Source: Candidatus Moanibacter sp.
GTDB lineage: Bacteria; Verrucomicrobiota; Verrucomicrobiia; Opitutales; UBA2987
Assembly (NCBI GenBank): GCA_965215885.1
Contig: CBDCEW010000104.1
Span: forward strand, 128,001-192,000
Length of the DNA stretch: 64,000 nucleotides
Direction of reading: 5' to 3'
In this document: positions 60,931 to 64,000 of the stretch, piece by piece
Position numbering within the stretch: position 1 is the first letter of the stretch
Layout: each line of letters opens with the position of its first letter
Notes under the pieces: generated by a model
What the model was told of the DNA's origin: nothing
The model's database searches: none
What the model saw: the letters and a program-made list of their open reading frames with translations, nothing else
Program-made: the position numbers and the translations under genes

Positions 60931-61716
60931 TCAACCGGCGGTGAGCCCACCTTCGACGGGATAGAGGCTGCCGGTGACAAAGCTGGAGGCTTCGGAAGCG
61001 AGAAAGTAAACTACCTCGGCGACTTCCTCCGGTTGGCCCACGCGTTGCAAGGGGTAGCGTGCCGATTCCTCTTTCCAAAGTTCGTCGACATCGATGCCGA
61101 GCATCTCTGAAAATCGATCCACCGCGGCGACCGAGAGCGGAGTATGAATGGTTCCGGGGCAGACGGTGTTTACCCGAATATTGTGCTCGCCCAGATCGAG
61201 TGCGAGACTCTTTGTAATCTGGCCAATGGCCCCCTTGCTGGCGCCATAGGCCAGACTTATCGGCTTTCCAATAAGGGATTGGTCGGAGCCCATCAGCACA
61301 ATCGATCCGCCACCGTTTTCGACCAGTTTCGGGACGGCCTCCATGAGACTGAAGAGGGTGCCTTTAAGGTTAATGTTCATGACTTCGTCCCACTGTTCCT
61401 CAGTTATGTCGAGGATGGAATTGCTCCTGTGAATGCCGGCGCAGCTGAAGAGGATGTCGAGTTTGCCGAACTTCTCAACCGTCCTATCGACTCCATTCCT
61501 GATGTCTTCCCTCTTTGCCACATCTCCGGGCACAAAGAGGACCTTGTCAGCGCCTTGATCCTCCACGGCACTTTGACCTTGTGCGGTGTTATTGTCGAGG
61601 AAACCGACTTTAATTCCTTCGCGAACGAACTTGTCGACCGTCGCCCTGCCGATACCGGTGGCGCCGCCTGTAATGAATGCTACTTTCATATTGAACCCTA
61701 AGATTGATGATACCAA
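60931..61716 (-). CDS. SDR-family oxidoreductase
   Basis: TGGATGIG, AYGASKG (YxxxK), VNTVCPG, FVTGS...VEGG. Confidence 0.93.
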   Translation of the reverse strand: MVSSILGFNMKVAFITGGATGIGRATVDKFVREGIKVGFLDNNTAQGQSAVEDQGADKVLFVPGDVAKREDIRNGVDRTVEKFGKLDILFSCAGIHRSNSILDITEEQWDEVMNINLKGTLFSLMEAVPKLVENGGGSIVLMGSDQSLIGKPISLAYGASKGAIGQITKSLALDLGEHNIRVNTVCPGTIHTPLSVAAVDRFSEMLGIDVDELWKEESARYPLQRVGQPEEVAEVVYFLASEASSFVTGSLYPVEGGLTAG

Positions 61717-62160
61717 AGATTACCCGACGCAGAAGAGCAGACAACCAAAATTGAATAGAGAGACCGTGGGACGGAAGAGGGGGTCACAGAGCGTCACAGA
61801 GAAGCATCCCGGCTCGCCGGGACACAGAGATGAATAAGGAAAGCAGGGAAAACAGCGGATTGATTGAAGAGGAAGTTCCCAACGGGTCCGACGAGGCTCA
61901 CTGCGGGCGAATGGAGAACATAGCTTCCAACATCGAAGACTGAATCCCGGCAAGCACCGTGGTATTGGGCGAAGCCCGCAGTGGGTAAAATGGCGTGTGA
62001 TTAATAATTAATTGGGGAACTGTCGAATTTGTGAATTGTTAATGAACGCTGGGATCGTCGACTGGAGATCACGATTGAGAGCCACGATGGGAGAGTGGGA
62101 ACGGGTATGATTGATACTCGGCGCTCCTTTGTGCACCTCTATGAGTCGATTTAGTTTTGA

Positions 62161-63854
62161 ATGGACCATCTGTGGCCAGCTCGTTTCTCAGATAATCAGA
62201 CCAGACTATTGATGGAGATTCAGAGGATTCTTCTCACCGCGATAGTAGCGCTCTTGCACTGGCCCGCGCTTGGGGAGCAGTTTCCCATTATCATTGACGG
62301 TCTCTTCAATGATTGGGAAGGGGTGCCGACGGCCTACGAGGACTCAGCTGATGAGGGAGGGAGCGGCGTCGATTTTCGACGTCTCTGGATCGCCGATGAT
62401 GATCGCTTCCTGTTTCTTCGTGTGGAATTTGGAGACGAAATCGACGCGAGCGAAAACAACCAGGTACGCCTCTGCTTATCATAAATGTTCACCCTCCCTC
62501 CGGTTCAAATGATACGGGGCGCCAGTTTGAGATCGATGAGATAATGGCTTTCATGCGGGATGCTCAGAATCCGGGCGGTGGGCTCGATCTGGAGCGGAAT
62601 ACGCCCATGGTAATCACGGGCGACATGAACCTTGTGGGGCGATCTCAGCAGCTCACTTCGCTTCTTACGGGTGACATCGTCAATGAGGTGAGTTTCGGGG
62701 CTGATTTTCCCCCGGATTGGGATGGAACCGCATTCACGGATCTCATTTCCCGGCATACCGATCAACGGATGGGTTATACGTGGAGGAGTGACAGCGAGGC
62801 GAATTTCTGGCCCGGACACCTCGATTACTTCATCTATTCGGATAGTGTTCTTCGCGCTGCGAGCCATTTCATACTATATACTCCGGCGATGTCCGTAGGG
62901 CGTTTGTCAAACTACGGGCTCCAAAGTGGCGATTCTCAGGCTTCGGATCACTTTCTCATTGCAGCCGATTTTCGAGCCGCCAAGGCGGATCTGGTCGTTG
63001 CGGGAGTGGCCGAGCTGGTAGACAACGGTACGTCCTTTATGGGAAATACCTACAATGGCTTCGAACTGAGCGGGCAAAGCGCCACCTTCTCTTCAATCGC
63101 CGGTGAGATCACGCGAATTTCGTTTCTCGATCCAGGGGGTGACCTGGTGTTTGCGGAGTTTGGAAGCGATGAAGCGGCGACTACTTTGACGATAATTCTG
63201 GAGGCCTTTCAAACCGCGGTGCCATCTCCCTACAATCAGCCGACTACGAATTATGTGCAGGGTCTAGCCTCGTTTGTGATCGAGAACGCGACGGCGGGAT
63301 CATTCCTATCCCTATTTACGTTGGGCAACGATCCGACGCGTATTGATTTAGCGCTGATTAGAGATGATACATTTTCCGATGGAGTGGATGGGATAGCGGA
63401 TATCCGATCGATCACTGTGAACGCTTTGGATGGAGGCGGGGGCAGTATCGGGGGCATCAATGCGGCGAACGCGAATTTTGCGGCAGATTCGGGAGTGATC
63501 GGGATCGAAGCGGAGGATATTTCAGTGCGGCGCTTCCTTTTTGTGGGGGATTTGACGCCGTCGGGCTCGGCGCAACCCAGGCTCAGTATAAGTGGTGACT
63601 CGCCTCTGATGGAGGTCCTTATTTCGGGAGGCGATCTGGCGGAGGCGACGGGCGACTTCCAAATCGACACTAACGGAGTGGTCTACCCCTTCGACATTAC
63701 AGCCACCACCGGACAGCGTTCGATCAGCGACAGCACTCTAAGGCCGGATCTTGGCGACGGGTCGCTGGCGCCAGTCACCGATACCTTTGCGGCGGATCCG
63801 GATGCGTATTTTGTGACGGATGGGCAGAGGGGAAGAGTATCCAGTCACCAGTGA
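62161..63854 (+). pseudogene. Secreted endonuclease/exonuclease/phosphatase-family protein with internal deletion and a C-terminal extra domain
   Basis: Signal peptide plus IIIDGLFNDW domain (62161-62472) joined out of frame to LLIINVHPP..., VITGDMN, LDYFIYS, ASDH EEP motifs. Confidence 0.75.
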
Positions 63855-64000
63855 GTAGTGGTCGGTGGAAAAGTTGCAGAGTTTAAGAGAAGAGAGATGG
63901 CCACAAAAGAACGCAAAGAACACAAAGGGAGTCCCGGCCTGCCGGGAGGGAAAGGGACAAAGAGATGCCTAGCGTAGCCGCAACTACTTCGTTTCATGGA

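Noticed and set aside
60146..61078. 310-aa minus-strand ORF
   Set aside because: Arg/Pro-rich alternative frame overlapping three better-supported genes

Overview
Bacterial chromosome segment, most likely Verrucomicrobiota (Opitutia-like; inferred from the lptC-lptA-lptB-hprK order and protein styles, not from a search). It has three zones. (1) 1-10.7 kb is a conserved core: 7TM-HD hydrolase (partial), phoH, a deleted HIT gene, lptCAB, hprK, a DnaA-box region, dnaA and a ligA lacking the zinc-finger cysteines. (2) 10.7-33.6 kb is metabolic and accessory: a lipid-modification trio, an HUH/RAYT-type transposase, a TonB receptor, two TPP enzymes, three Gfo/Idh/MocA oxidoreductases, PhyH dioxygenases, ROK, MFS and an MDR dehydrogenase, with MITE/REP elements in many spacers. 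(3) 33.7-64 kb is plastic: a decayed gene with an attC-like site, IS630, IS5/ISNCY-like, IS200, ISL3, a 2374-bp IS encoding an unusual 741-aa transposase, a tandemly duplicated AraC-GxxExxY-dipeptide epimerase unit, and many small genes in a dense mosaic of repeats. The best candidates for undescribed biology are non-coding: three co-oriented ~160-nt four-way-junction elements with compensatory base changes, 23-30-nt hairpin mini-elements inserted after GAC without target duplication, and 9-10-nt periodic repeats bracketing GxxExxY nuclease-like genes. Many genes carry internal deletions, short duplications or frameshifts; some could be assembly errors. No rRNA, tRNA or CRISPR array was recognised.
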